64,000 nt of DNA from Eledone cirrhosa (Eukaryota). The stretch spans positions 116,188,001-116,252,000 of the forward strand of contig OZ024744.1 of assembly GCA_964016885.1 (NCBI GenBank). Reading direction: 5' to 3'. Under the pieces are notes generated by a model, which searched no databases, had not been told where the DNA came from, and worked only from the letters and a program-made list of their open reading frames with translations. This document shows, in pieces, positions 63,561-64,000 of the stretch; position 1 is the first letter of the stretch, and every line of letters begins with the position of its first letter. The position numbers and the translations under genes were made by a program.

Positions 63561-64000
63561 TGTCAGCAACGTATACCTTCCTGCCAGATTGTTGATCGTA
63601 TATACTTACCTTATGCATATTAACGGGTGAGTAGCCCAATTTGCATAGCGAGTGTGTTAATCGGTCGGGTGCACCGTAAAAGATAAACGGAAAAAAAGGA
63701 AACAAAATTTCATTTCCCACTCTTAGTAAGGCTGTTACTTAAATATAAGTATGTACACGTACATACACATATGTATACAGACGTACGGTTGTATGTATAT
63801 ATATATACATACATGCACACATATATACATGTACGTATGGATTCACCGAACATTTATTATAATACTCGGTGTGTTTGTAAACACACATCCCGTATTAAGC
63901 CGTAGTGTCTAGCAATCATCGTTGCTGGTTTGTTCAACACTGACAAAGGAACGCTGTACTAGTTTCAAGCTTATTAGCTATCTTCAGCAACGTATACCTT
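63561..64000 (-). repeat. ~422-bp hammerhead satellite resumes
   Basis: Same monomer as 33316-55457, running to the window edge. Confidence 0.93.

Overview
Eukaryotic, gene-free, repeat-only DNA. The SINE and RTE sequences resemble ones I recall from octopus/mollusc genomes, which is an unverified inference. Four tandem arrays abut each other: a ~40-bp minisatellite (0.9-3.6 kb), a 116-bp satellite derived from RTE-LINE coding sequence (3.6-10.1 kb), a 100-bp satellite derived from a tRNA-SINE head (10.1-29.7 kb) and a ~422-bp satellite (33.3-55.5 kb, resuming at 63.56 kb). Nested in them are a dead hAT transposon, several tRNA-Trp-primed LTR elements (a solo LTR, two copies of a non-autonomous element, a gag-less Ty3/Gypsy pol remnant and a young TRIM-like element), SINEs, and a Penelope-like element with hammerhead-bearing pLTRs. 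Most short ORFs are satellite artefacts. Main result: the ~422-bp monomer carries, on the minus strand, a type I hammerhead ribozyme with palindromic stem III. It sits just downstream of a 65-nt cassette bounded by canonical splice signals. This gives a ~50-copy retrozyme-like array next to a Penelope-like RT donor. Second result: the young LTR element holds an inverted, related LTR whose PBS extends 32 nt into tRNA-Trp with an A58>T change.
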